Shown in pieces: positions 38,403 to 51,430 of a stretch of DNA of 64,000 nt (the first letter of the stretch is position 1; each line of letters opens with the position of its first letter). The position numbers were made by a program, and so were the translations under genes. The notes under the pieces are model-generated. The model was given only the letters and a program-made list of their open reading frames with translations, was not told where the DNA came from and made no database searches. This stretch comes from Catajapyx aquilonaris. Taxonomy: Eukaryota. Where the stretch lies: the NCBI GenBank assembly GCA_000934665.2, contig KZ538055.1, positions 62,001 to 126,000 of the forward strand. Reading direction: 5' to 3'.

Positions 38403-39979
38403 TCGGTGTGTTACCTGCTGGGTACATTTCAGGGTCATGAATCACAAAAGAACGAATGATTCAAATGGGACGAAGGGATGTAGCACCATTCCAGTTGTTT
38501 ATTAGAACTCTGTAACTACAGGTGTAACAGAAAAGGTTTTTTTAAAAGTACAGCCCACAATACAAACTCACGCATACTTTGAGTGAGAGACACATCATTT
38601 TTATAGCTACAGGCGTACATGTTTTTTTTTCAAAAGCAAATAATGTACAATGGATGGAATTCGGAAGCGGAATCTCACTGAAACAGGCCGTTTAAAATCA
38701 TCTGATGCAACTGAATCACCTATCAATTCATGGACAATGTTCAAAGAGGTTGTACATACGCGACGTTAAAATGAAAGTAGATATTGTTTCAACAGAAGTC
38801 ACTGTGATTGTAGAAGCCTCTTTGAATTCCGTAGACACACAACCAAGAATTGAGGAAAATTCCTCTTGTATTTCAGTGACATCACGTGATTTTAAACAGG
38901 GCGCTTATGTTCGAACAAGCTTCTGAATTCCACCCAAAATGTATAACTTATTGGCCAATGAAAGCAGTCGGTCAACGAAAATGCTTCGTTGATTCAATAC
39001 GAAGACAAACATGGGACAGATCGTCACCGGGGAAAAAATTAAAAACCATTGGAAAGTACTAGAGATGAAGTCGTTTGATATAATAATTATGGAGCTTATC
39101 AGAATATCTGCGAGTATAATGAAATAAATTTAGTTTAAAAAATACTGTACCATGTAGGTAAATATAGGCCTATAGATAGAGGGATTTTTGTAAATTTAAA
39201 TTCTTTTCAAAAAATACACTTCAGGTTTTCACCACGAATGGGCCACGTAAAATAAATTTCGTCTGGAGAGAACGCAATTTCTTTTTCTTCTTTTCTACCC
39301 TACCCCCTGCGACTCATTCTTTCCGAGTAGTTAAATCGATCCCCCCCCCCCCTCAGTAAAGATGTCATTGCATTCTTTCTCACTGGAGCCATTGACGTCT
39401 CTCAAAGGAAGCAAGGCGTCATTAAGCTCGAGTCTGGTGCATTACTTCGCCCGCTGCAATCATCTCCGCTCAGCGGGTCTTACGTAAGCAGATGCCCGTC
39501 TTTTTTTCTCTCTCTTTCACTCTCATTATTGTTAATGGCATTGTTTCCTGCGAGGAAATCTTGCTACAAGTTTTCGCAATTTTTACTTAGTGTCCGATGC
39601 GACAAAATATTTTTACGTGGCCCCGTTAGTACTATTCAGTTCCTGTTCTTGTGCAGATTTTTTATTTGGTATGTTAAAAATCGAGAAATAAATATCACAT
39701 TGGAATTACGATCTTATCACACCGGGGCGCTCGTCATCTTCCACAAGTGGCTTCGAAATTATCTGGAGTGCTCTTCACTTTTGATGGTCCCACTCATGAA
39801 ATTGGATCGTTCACTTATTTCTGAGTGACTTGTTTGTCGAATTGAGGTCTTTTGTTCAAATTGGTAAAAACATGTTAAGAGCAAGTTGTACCATTCACAA
39901 GCATTTATATCCAATATTGTTGGAAAGTTCTAACATTATCGGATACAAATGCTTGCGAATTATTTTTAAGTAGATATGA

Positions 39980-40068
39980 CGAACACCATCATTGGAACAA
40001 TTATAAGTAGAAATATCACTCTAATTTTAGAGTGCTATTTCTACTTATTGTTCCAATGGAGGTGTTCG
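39980..40068. repeat. Imperfect palindrome, ~42-45 bp arms, 2-nt centre
   Basis: CGAACACCATCATTGGAACAATTATAAGTAGAAATATCACTCTAA versus TTAGAGTGCTATTTCTACTTATTGTTCCAATGGAGGTGTTCG. Confidence 0.88.
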
Positions 40069-43000
40069 GTTTAGTTAGTGATTTTTCTGCACAAAATAGT
40101 TGAACAAATTTTAAAGCACTCAAAATAATTTAGAAAACATTTTAAAAGTACGTATAAGATCACCATAAACCAGAACGTCTAATTTTTTGTGCCTATTTTG
40201 ATATTTTTTTTCGCGATTCGCCTAGATCGGACAGTCCATCTTAATGTAGCAAGACAAGAGAAAGGTTTTTTAAAGAGGTAACACCGGACTGTCCATCCAG
40301 ATGCCTACAGGGTGCTTCGAATACAGTATGAAAGGTGTGCATTTCGAAGCAGGCTTACGTACTATCTGGGACGCAAAGTTGTGCACACCATTGTCTGCCG
40401 GATGCTCCAGCATTTTTTGGTCCAGGAGTTGTCCGAGACGTTCCCCCTTTAAAATCCGTCCCCTTCAATCTATCCCTTTCTTCGGGAATCAATATCGGAC
40501 ATGCTTTCCTCCCACCCACAGACCCACACACATGCACAAATTGCCAACCACACCGCGGAAATTGGCCGGCCACTGCGGTCATTTTCAAACGGGGCTCAGA
40601 AAACACACCAGCAGTGGTCGGAATTGATTCCTTCTTCTTCTTTCTTCTTTCTTCTTTCTTGTTCCACCCAAATTGTTTGGCACGTGGGACGGTTTTATTG
40701 GATTTTATATATATATATATATTTTTTATAATAAGTATTTTTGGGGGTCGAGTGAGGAGTGGGAGGTGAACATTTTTGTGAAACAAATTCAGGACGAAGG
40801 TGCAGAGAGTTACAAACAAGGGGAAAATCAGGCAAATGTCCAGGCCACGTCCTTTTCCTCCAGCACTTGTCCAGAAGCAGATGAGATTAGTGAGCCGGCT
40901 AGAGCAGATTTGAATCTTCGTTTTCTGTAAAAAAGAAAAAAGACACGTGTCATTTTTTTTCTTCAAAAAAAAAATTGGGTGTAACTACCTGACGAGGCGG
41001 ATAAGAAAAACTGAAATCCCCAGTGGCAGGATATGTGCTGGTGCATTATACAGTGCATGTGTCGGACCGTGTTTCGGCGGTTATTAGTAATAGCTGGGGC
41101 TGCATTATGTATTACCTTTTTGTAAGAGCAGTATGCAGTGTATCCGGAATGATAATTGCTCAGGGACGCCTCTCTGGCGGGGAAAACTGTCCCTCTGAGG
41201 AATTATATGCCTCTGGCTGCCACTTAGAGCTGTGCGTACATGGCGGAGTATTTCCTCACTTATGGGATTAATTTTAAGCAGATTCTTGTCTCTCAGGGAA
41301 TCCACACTTGGGAAGGATGCTTTTGCAACAATGTTTGCAAAGAGTTTATAAGAAGTGTCCTCATGCTGGCGACAGGCCGTTCTGAGCCCTGTTCCCTGTT
41401 ATTGGCTGATGGCAACAAATTAACTACAAGCCAATACTAGTGGTTAGGTGCTGTGTTCAGTTGGAGAAGTTTCTCAGTGCACAATACTGTTCGCATATTG
41501 AAGTCAGAATCACATTTTAGTTGAAATTGAGTTGGGCATACTTTCCGATTATCAAGTCAGTGCGACTCCACAATAATAAAATTATTGCAGTCACCTACAG
41601 AAAATTTTGACCAAAAAATTAGACCTCGTAATATAGATGACGTTTCCTTCAAGCTACCCCCCCCCCCCCATGTCAATCATTAGTTCCGCATTATTTAAGG
41701 CCTTCGGATAATTAAAAACTAAAACTAGCTATACTTGTCAATACTGTATGACTGTTGTAATCAGCTGCCTTTGACACACGGTTTCAATATTTTCCCAGTT
41801 ATTAGACAGAAAAATCAATATCATTTTTAGTTGCCACAAGGACATGTCCAAAGGAAAAAAAAGTGCGCCAATTTCCATTAATCCCAGACGCTAATATTAA
41901 CATTGGCGTCCTGTGCTCGGGAAGTTGCGGATATTTTGCGGAGAGCCTATAGCCGCTCTTTCTGGAGAATACCTCAGACAGATATTGTAGCTGCAGCGGA
42001 TAGTCCTTTCGTGTGGTTTGGCTGACTTTGTACGCATGACAAAGCCCGTCATAGTCACCACCACCACAAACCAATGTCTCTAGAACCATATACCGTCTGT
42101 TTGACTACTGTACATTCCCGCACGGAGATAGAAAAAAGGGGCTTCAAATTATAACCTAGGCCGGACCTTTCCCGAGATATAGTCCCCGGCGGGTTAAATT
42201 GGCAGTCCCCCCACCCAACACTCCCAGCCAATGGCGTGCCTGGATTGCGATGGGGGGTAACGGAGGAGTCGAGGTGGAGTGGGGCTGAGTGACTTTCACC
42301 GGAACATCCGCAGGATCAGTCGCCGGATGCTTTGCCGGAAGCTAGGCCGGATGCTTGAAACCATGTGTACAAATTGTAATTAAAGGTTTTCTTTAAGATG
42401 TGTGTCGCAACAATTCACGTCATCAATATTTCCAATTTTAATTGTCATCACAGTAGTCCTTAAGAGGTCAGCGTGGCGGAGGGATGTGACGTAGAAGGCA
42501 GCGAGAGGTAGGGCAACGAGCATGGCAACGAGGTTGGGGCTATGGGGTAGAGCTTCGGGTAGAGGAGGTAGGCAGTGGCGGGGAGAGGTGGGGGGGCAAG
42601 AGGGGGCGTTGCCAGAAACCACCACCCTGACACATTAGGAGGCAGTCTACTATATTTGTACCCCCCTCTCCCCCTTGCAGTTACATTATTAGGTTCAGTT
42701 ATTCAGGTGAGGTTGTCATATTGACAGGGATCAAAAACTGATGTAATGTCATTAGCAATATCAACCGCAGAGAGAAAAATCCACTTTTGATGCCGTTTGA
42801 ATGCATGGATCATAATATATTATACATCCCTTTGTTGCATAGTCTCCCCCAAAGAAATGTAGCCGATACGTCGCATTTAAAACGTGCACAGATCCCGAAG
42901 TTATGAATCGATTACTTAATTGCAGCTGTCAGTTTAAATAGAATGTTGCTCGCTATTGTGGCCTTCCTTTTCAACGGATTTCTGCAGGAAACAATGCATA

Positions 43001-46000
43001 ACCGCTGGCCCTTCCACACTACTAAATTTCAGACTATATAGGGCAGTGCACAAAGCCTGTAAGAAATTAAGTTGGGAAATTTATGGCTTGATGTTGGAAA
43101 CAGCTATTTTTCTTCTTATGACACTTGTGACATGGTTAATATATACTGCGCCTGTCACTGCGGTTGTACTAATAACGCGAACAAAGCAAGCGTGACGCTT
43201 TTTTTTTTTTTTTTGAAGCGGTCAAGAAATAATTGCCGCTTTGGTGTGCCAAAATGGAGGTCATTTGGCGACAGGCTGCCGGTTAATGAAGCAGCGAAAG
43301 AGGGAAGGATTATTTTGTGAGTGTGTAATAATTCACTAGTGGCCAATATTTAATTTCCAAGTAAATTTTCCCTGGATGGTTAAAAGCCAAAAAGTGGGGC
43401 TTTCCTACTCGAGTTATAATGTTGCCGTCGCTTGAAGGAAATGAACTTCCGTATTGTCTTTCCTTTTTACTAGAATACTGTCGCGCCCAGGAAGAAGACA
43501 ACAAAAAGCAGTGCTCAGCTTATGCACACTTGGATGTAATTTCTGACGGTCCTATTTCCTCGACCCCTCGTATTTCGAAATCCTCTTATTAAAGTCGGAA
43601 ATGAATCAGTCAACATAACGTTGTTCTGCTTTATTGTTGACAATTTTGCCTCCCCCTCCAGATATGTGCCCTCAAAGTTTCATCTTATTGAAGCGATAGT
43701 ATTTTTTCGCTCGCCAATTTTTGTTCAGTTTGTTGGAAGTTGGGTTGGCAGTTGGATCGATCCCACCACAGTTGGGTGCCAGTGTGATGAAGCATCAGCG
43801 AGGTTTGGAGCACATGTCACCAGCTGCTGACAAACGGCATTTCCTTCCGTCTATTTGTTCTGTGCTCCGGAGAGAGAGACCGACGGAATGTGCTGATGGC
43901 AAACACACTATATTTCCAGACTATTTCTTCTGTACTGTTCGAACCGAAAGTCAGCAACTGCCGAGTTGAGCTCTTTTTTTTAATGGAGCAGTTTAGCTTT
44001 ACAACTCAGCTTGCGAAAATTGAAGCCAGAAATCTGTTTCATTATATGAGGTGAAAGCGAGCTCATTTTTGCAACTCATATTACACCGGCGGCTTGTTTT
44101 TCCAGGTCGGCCTTACTTCGAAGAAGATTAAATACGGAAGTTAGTTTTGCGGAGGAACCTTTATAAAAAAATTCGAGTTCCTGGTGCAAGCTGCAATCCA
44201 GGATCTTTGTTGATAGTTACAAAAATTACCAGATTGCTTCATTTAAAAATCGACAATGAGTTTGCAGAATTAATTGAAACGCTCCTAGCAAATATAGGAT
44301 TTTGTGTGTTTTCCCGGTCTATACTCTGCGGAATTTGCTTGCAGGCATTATGTAATTTTGTGTTTCAGAAGCCAAGCAAAACAAGGGCATACCTGCTGCG
44401 AAGGGGGCTTAATGTACTGGGGAAATAACAAGTTTTAATCCTCCGCTAAAAAAAAAACAACTCAATGCTTTGCCCAACCAAGCTATTAAACCCTCTTAAT
44501 TTACTCGGCTCGTATCGTTTAGTATGCTGAAAGTGCTTGGGTTTGCACAACAAGGCCTTTAAGCGCTGGCCAAAAATTGGCATTGCAGATTTTGACAAGC
44601 CCTGTGTGAATTTCGGCCACGACCTTGAAGTTTGCTGGTAACAGCGCAATTTGCCGATCCCCGCTCTCATGGAATAAACGCAGCAAAGTTGACGATTCCA
44701 ACAGCAGCAGCAGCTTTTATATACGGGGAGAATCCTCCGCCCCCATTTGGCTTTGAGATAGGATCAGTGTCGAACTCATGCTGGGGTTTTACTCCCGTTT
44801 CTCTCTCCGTTTGTGAATTTCCCGAGGCCCGTGCCAATCCCTAGATCAGTTTACAGCCTGTGGTTTTCCAGAAACAACCCGGAGCTTTCGAAATGAGCGG
44901 GATGCTCACAATATAGGTACTGTGCACTCGTCCATTACACATGTTACGAGGGGAGTCGGATTGTGTCCCATGGTAGTCCAATTAGCCCCGGATATACATA
45001 TGCAGGGTTGTGCTTCCCTGCATGTATGCCTCTCTGTACTGTTGTTTGCGAATGTTCGCCTATACATTCCCTGAGGAAAGGTGAGAGAGTAATCTACTTT
45101 TTCGCAACCAAAATTGCTGAGAGTTATTTAATCACTGCAGCGATTTAGGCCGGAAGAGATCGTGCAGTTCCAATTCCGCAATTAGTTTTGGAGCTCGAGT
45201 GATAACCTCGTCGCCTATTGAAATGACAAGGGTGCAAATACGCCATTTAGGGCCTACAGAAAGTGTTTGTGTATAAACACTACAGCCGAATGTATTGGTC
45301 TCCAAATCCACACGAAAGGTAATAAAATGTTCGCAGCTGACCTGAACTAGAGAGCCTCTTTAAGTCTCTCTAACCTTAACACATCGCAGTGCTATCAGCT
45401 TAATGGCATTATCGAGCTGCAACGGTCCAATGCAAAATAAATCCGCATGAAATGGAAACGTTTGCAAATTGTGCTATCTCGCAGGTAGTTAAAAAAAGAT
45501 CAGCTCCATTGACTCTGGTCAGACCATCCAGAGTCAATCCATCCGTGTCATTAGGTCACCTATTTCTGGTCGGTGGTCGTGATGACATGGGGGGGTTTGC
45601 TGTACACACGACAAAGCCTCGACTAATTGATTCGCCGGCAACAGGGGATTTGGAGGTTGCTCAGGTAAACAGAAGCAGGTGCTTTTCCCGCTTAGCTTTT
45701 GTGGTCGGGAATCCAATCTAGATTATGTGGTAGTGCATATCGGCCAAAGGGGGTATCACCGCTCATAATTACATGGGGTTTAGCCCCGGGGCAGAGCTCT
45801 CATCAACCGAGCTCGGATTAGTATACACCGACGTATACCGAAGCCTCTTTTTCCCCATGTGTAAAGAGAGACATTTGGATGTTTCAATTTCAGATCAGGC
45901 CAATGTCATCGATTGTTACAGAACTATAGGGGTTTTAATGGAGTCGTTTTTCCAATAAGTGGTGTTGTCGTTGGAGGAAGCAGTTGTTGCGAACTAATTA

Positions 46001-49000
46001 CCATTCGTAAAGTTTTAAAAATGCGCCAAATGCCAAACCGAACCGCCAAGAATTCGGCTTTGATTACGACTGGCCCGTGGGATCTCTCCGCAGAATTGCG
46101 AATTTAATTATTCTTTTTGCCAATTTCGTAGCCAGGATGCGCTACTAGCAGCTTCGGATTTTAATTAGGCGAGGAAACAGAAAAAAATATCGATTGGTCC
46201 TAATCCGATTACACGAACCGATCGGTCGACAGTCAAAAAAGTACCGTTGGCTGAGAGATTGCAATCCTCCACCGCGCTGATAAATAATTTTCTTGTCAAT
46301 ATGACTCCAGGGCACCAATCATTTCTCCAAGAGTTTTGTCTGATGAGAAAAGTAACTTAATTTTGCAGGGAAAATTAGTAAAAAGTGGCTTCTGGTACTT
46401 ATATTTTGCTTTTTTTTCCTGGTATTGCTGGAGGAAGTTTTGAACTATGACGGTGAGACATACTTTGATATTTAGTAACTAATCATTTTTTCTAACGTTT
46501 CAACTGACTGTTGTTTTATAAGTGACATCAGACTAATATTCTTTTAATGGTAAGTTCAAATGTTGGCGAAACTGAGCAGTGTAGTGATGTGTTCAAAAGG
46601 GTACATGCAGGCCAGAGAATGTGATTTGAATTTTTTAGAAGAAGGCGCTGTGCAATTTTTGGCAAACAAATAGCCTGCAAACGCTTTCAAGAATGCTCAT
46701 ATATGTTGACTTCAAGTGGAAGGCTGCTCTCAATATTTCAAGCGATTCAAACAGAACAAAGTGTTTCATAGGCTGGAAAAGAGGTGTCAAGGGAGGGGCC
46801 TTTTCTCTCTTGCTTGCTTCTGATTTCAGGAGCAGATGTGCTCGAATGTCAAAGCCACGTGGCGCTTCGTGTCCGCCCGAGTTCCTCGGCTTTTATTGGC
46901 ACACCACGCTGGCGAGACACTTTCTTTTGACGGCCTATCAGCCTGAGAGAATAAGCGAGCCTGAATGCCTTCCTTTCCCCCCTCCCCCTCTCCACACTCT
47001 TGTCACTACCACCCTCCACTCATCAATCTGTGGCAGCTAAATTGTCGACATGTTTTCGTGGCTACTGATAGGACCTGCGACTTTTTGATCCGGCAACAGA
47101 ATTTGGAAGGAGCTGCATTAAATAACGTGCTGTTGCATGCAGCTATATATGTCTCTGATGCCACAACTCCATGAACTTTGTAGGACAACTGCTAAGAAAA
47201 TGGAGAATGAGCTGCAGACGACATTTTTTAACGAGCGCAACCCACACTTGCGCAAATCCATTGTTCCGACAACGTTGCCACAGTTACTCCTCAGGAGCCA
47301 AATTCACACCGGTACCCGTTGTTCTTTCCAGAGCCTTGGCAACGTCGCAAAAGTCGGCCATATAGTTAACCCCCTCAAGAGTCGTGTTGGAAACAATTTG
47401 CGCGAACTGTGTTGCGCACTCGGTTGCGCTCATATGAAAATTCATCTACATATATAGGCCTACCACTTTTGAACTCCTTGAAATAAACAGGGCATCAAAA
47501 TTAAGCTAACAAATAAAATTTCAATTGGACCACATTATATGCCTTCATTATTTTTACACGATGTTCTTTTCAACTTCACTGTAATTACAACATGGAACCT
47601 GTAATTCTGGGGAAAGTGTGGCAAGCAAGAAGCGGGCACGTTTGAAATAATTAGTAGAAGCTGTTTACGCGAGTTACCACGCACGTACTCTACGGAGGGG
47701 TGCTAAATACGTAGTACAATTCGCAGCACTCTGCTTTACGTATACAGTACATGCTGATCCTCTTCTATACAAAAGCCTGCATCCATTATTGCATTAAAAC
47801 GTAATGCTGAAGGCCACTCTTTCACGGAGACCCGGGTAAAAAGTCTAGACGCGAATACAGGGCAACCAGCCATTTATAATAGGCTTCTTCACTTGCTTCT
47901 TCATGACCGAGACAAATGGATTCCAATAATCCCCAAACTGTCTTGAAGGAGAAAGAGGCGCCGCCAGAAATGGGACGTTTAATCTTGAGCTCCTAGCTGA
48001 TCAATCCCCATCTTCTTCTGGTGGAGGTTCCCATGGATGGTAAGGATGCACCGTCGACGACGATAAGCCAAGTGGAACAATGAGCCAGTCGCTCTTATTT
48101 GCGCCGCAGACATCATCAACTCGTCCAGGTCGATTCCTATAGGACTGATCTCGCTGATTGGGCAGGTGCGAGTCGCAATCACTCTTCAAAGTCTCTGAGT
48201 GCTCAAGTGCGCAGTTTCAGAAACAATGTTGCTTCCAACTGAGGACAGGGAGAGTTAGCTACCCTGTAGCAATTCCGCAAATGCCTAATTTTGCAAATAG
48301 TATGTTGTTGCAAGCGCTGAACAACAACCTGTTTGTTATCATCAGGCGCAGTCAACGTCGGAGTGAGTTCTCGTTTTGGAAAGTGAAAACCCGGAGGAAC
48401 AACCAACTATTCAGTTTGAATGGGGTTGGGTCGAGCGGGGGCGGAGTGTTTAGCAGCCAGAGAGAGACGGATATTACAATGCTTCATCATCGGGGGAGCA
48501 GAGAACCTGAATAGAAACGGGTTTTCGTGCCAGTTTTAATCATTCGCAGGAAATAAAAAGGACGGGAGGGTGTCTGTACCCGGAGCGTACCAACCGTTGT
48601 GTAAGTTCACACCATTATTTATACGGGCGAAATGGGAATTTTTACAGGCCTCTGGCTACGAAAGAGGAAGAAAAAAAACATGAAAAAGTTGGTGCAAACT
48701 GCGACAGAATCCTATGGCTAACCCAGAGGAAAATACGAGAAGTAATTTAAGTGCGTTTCATGACAAAAGTTCTATATTTATCTCACTAAATTTGTCCGGA
48801 TCGCCTATACATCAAATTTACTGTACAGTACCTGTACGCACAATGTATTTGTAGAGTGACCTACACTATACGTGCAGTTGTTTCCACGTGTATCATATAC
48901 GTTGTGATCAAAGGGAGAAAAAAAGCACTCGTGGTCAAAAAATGGGTCGCGGATTAATTCACGATCAGAGAAATTTTCCCAATTTGGTGTGGATTAGGGC

Positions 49001-51237
49001 GCTCTTGGCCACACTGAAATATTGGGCTCTTGGAAACAACTTCTGTCGCATTTATTTCAACAAGTCGGATTAACTGTTTTTTCTCAGGAACTGGGCAATA
49101 ATCTCCGCGGGGATAAGTGGCGAGCTCCTTCGTGGTTAAACTATTACTTCCTATTTTTTGTGTGGCGAACCAGTTTTTTTTTCAGCATGAGACAGACCCT
49201 CCAAACAACAACCTAAATTGCGAAACATTTGTCTCCATAGCACCACACGATGGCTGCGTCCAACAAAAGAAATAGTCCATTTAGAGCAGGAGAAGTACTA
49301 AGGGAACTAATGGCGATTGGTGGTCCCCGACTAGGTTTTGGAGCCGTGTGCAGCACACACAATCTATTTTTGGATAGAAAAAAACAAGTTTCCCGGGGAG
49401 GTTTTCACTCTTGTAAGCCAACATGTTTCCCGTCGGCTGGTAATGAGGCGATGATGAATAAGAGAACATTGTGTAAAGCACTTGATTGGCCTGATTGTGC
49501 GTCTTGTCCGGGGGCGAATTAACAGCCTGCGTGGGCGTTGCGGGTCACAATTTGAGGAGGTTATGCGAAACAGTTTGAATTTTCTGGGGACAACAGCGGG
49601 TGTAACTATACTATAAGTTAATCCTGCTTTGCAAAGTGGATCAAGCCGAAATGTTATTATGGAGATTGGCTTAATTCCTAGACATCTTGTGCTGACATGC
49701 ACTGTACGTCAGCCAGAGATATTTGTTCTTTTCAGCAATATTTTTAGATCCGGGAGCTGCTGTATTATGTTTGCAGAAACTTGCCCCGACAGGCAAAAGC
49801 TGGATACTGTACTGGTCATGAAGAAGTTACATGTGCATGAAAGTAGAAGCTTAAAAGGCTGTGATCATCTCAGAGGCATTTTGCTCCGAATTGTGCGCAT
49901 ATTCATTTATTGCACAGAATATTGCAAGAACGCATTTTGAGTTAAGTAATAGTACATTTGGAGTGTCAATCGCTACAATGTAAAGGGATAATTCCTCTTG
50001 GACTTATAGGCTCTTTGTGATATTACGTGTCTAAATTAAGTGCAGTTTTGACGATTGCGGCTCCATTACAGAGATAAACGCAAGTTAATTTAACGTGGGA
50101 ACGACTAGAGAGGACTTAGCTGACGAACAGAAAAGTTGGTGTAACCGACCATGTAAATTACGTTATTGTGTCAGTTGAAGTAGCATTTGGTCCTTTTTCT
50201 ATTATATTAATTATATAAGAGCAGAGGCGTTCCAGAGGACTGAAATGATCCAACGCTGACAGCCTGACACGTTGATGTTATTCCAGTCCATTAATTTTTT
50301 CTGCAGCCCCTAACTGTACTGCAGTCCTGAGATAAAAGGGGGTTTAGTGTCACCTGGAATTTCTTCTCTGGCTCATTTGGACGACTGCAGACGGCTATGC
50401 GCTGTATTCTAATGAAATTGCATCAGAGACTTTACTGCACATTGCAAGTGCTGCTTTTCCATAACATGGTATAGTATGTGCAGACATTTCATGGAGCTAT
50501 CTCTAGTCCAATGAAAGGCAAACAGGCCAAAAGCACAACTAGAATTTCATTAAGATTATTATTCTTGTCACATATCTCATAATAACTACTGCATTAGTAG
50601 TCTAATAAATGTCTCTGGAACAAGGAACATTTGTACTGTAAGTACTTCACATCCTTCATACAGTATTTTTCAGAGCAGTGATATCGTTGCCTTCAGACGA
50701 TTTAACTAAAATCACATTTTCGTTAATATATCGCAGTTTCAACTCAGGAGCCCTGGAGTCATTTGGCTGAGATGCGCCGCAGTAAATCTTAAGTACGAAT
50801 TGAGTACGTAGGACATCCCGAGGAAGTCCGAACTAACCCAGTTTGGCGATCGCACAAGACCATCAGGATAGCAAATGTCTCCTTCTTGCCCTGCGCCAAG
50901 GCAAGCTCATCAGTTTCCCTTCACTGCAGGGGCAATCACAAGAGGCTACACCAAGTTGGTGAATAATTCACACTGAGTTTTAGAGGAGTGAGAACACCTT
51001 GCATTTATATCGGAAGAGGAATCCCTCCACAGAATTGCTCTCTGAAGAATGTCTCGTCTCCATGCAGGGATCGCATCGTGATTTGAATTCGCGGGACATG
51101 TTTATGATAATCATGAGTGGCCATGCTGGGGGAAAAAACTGCTTTCCCCTTCAGACGTGGGGAAGGACACTGTGACAAACGTGTGGGTTTGAAGCTATCG
51201 TTTTATTCTGGGGTCGGAAAGAGGCGAGACTGAAGCT

Positions 51238-51430
51238 GGTTGGTTTGTTGGTTGTGCCAAAGCAACTAAGGCATTCGTGTGATGGGTTTTTGGTAGTGGG
51301 AGGAAACGGGAGAACCCCCGAGAAAACACACGCAAACACGGCGAGAACCCATCGAAACTCTTTCCACACATAAGCGTCCTCCGTCCGACCCGGGGATCGA
51401 ACTCGGGACCTTTGTTAACCACTACACTGA
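51238..51430 (-). mobile_element. tRNA-derived SINE with V/Meta-type central domain
   Basis: On the minus strand: A-box-like TAGTGGTTA, B box GAGTTCGATCCC, then TGTGTGGAAAGAGTTTCGATGGGTTCTCGCCGTGTTTGCGTGTGTTTTCTCGGGGGTTCTCCCGTTTCCTCCCAC. This closely resembles the V-SINE core as I recall it (TGTGTGGAGTTTGCATGTTCTCCCCGTG...GGTTTCCTCCCAC). Ends in a CAACCAACAAACCAACC simple-repeat tail. Confidence 0.75.

Noticed and set aside
47900..48190. RRCILTIHGNLHQKKMGI, faintly like an iGluR/IR S2 segment
   Set aside because: Spacing is off, there are in-frame stops nearby and no other receptor segments in the window.
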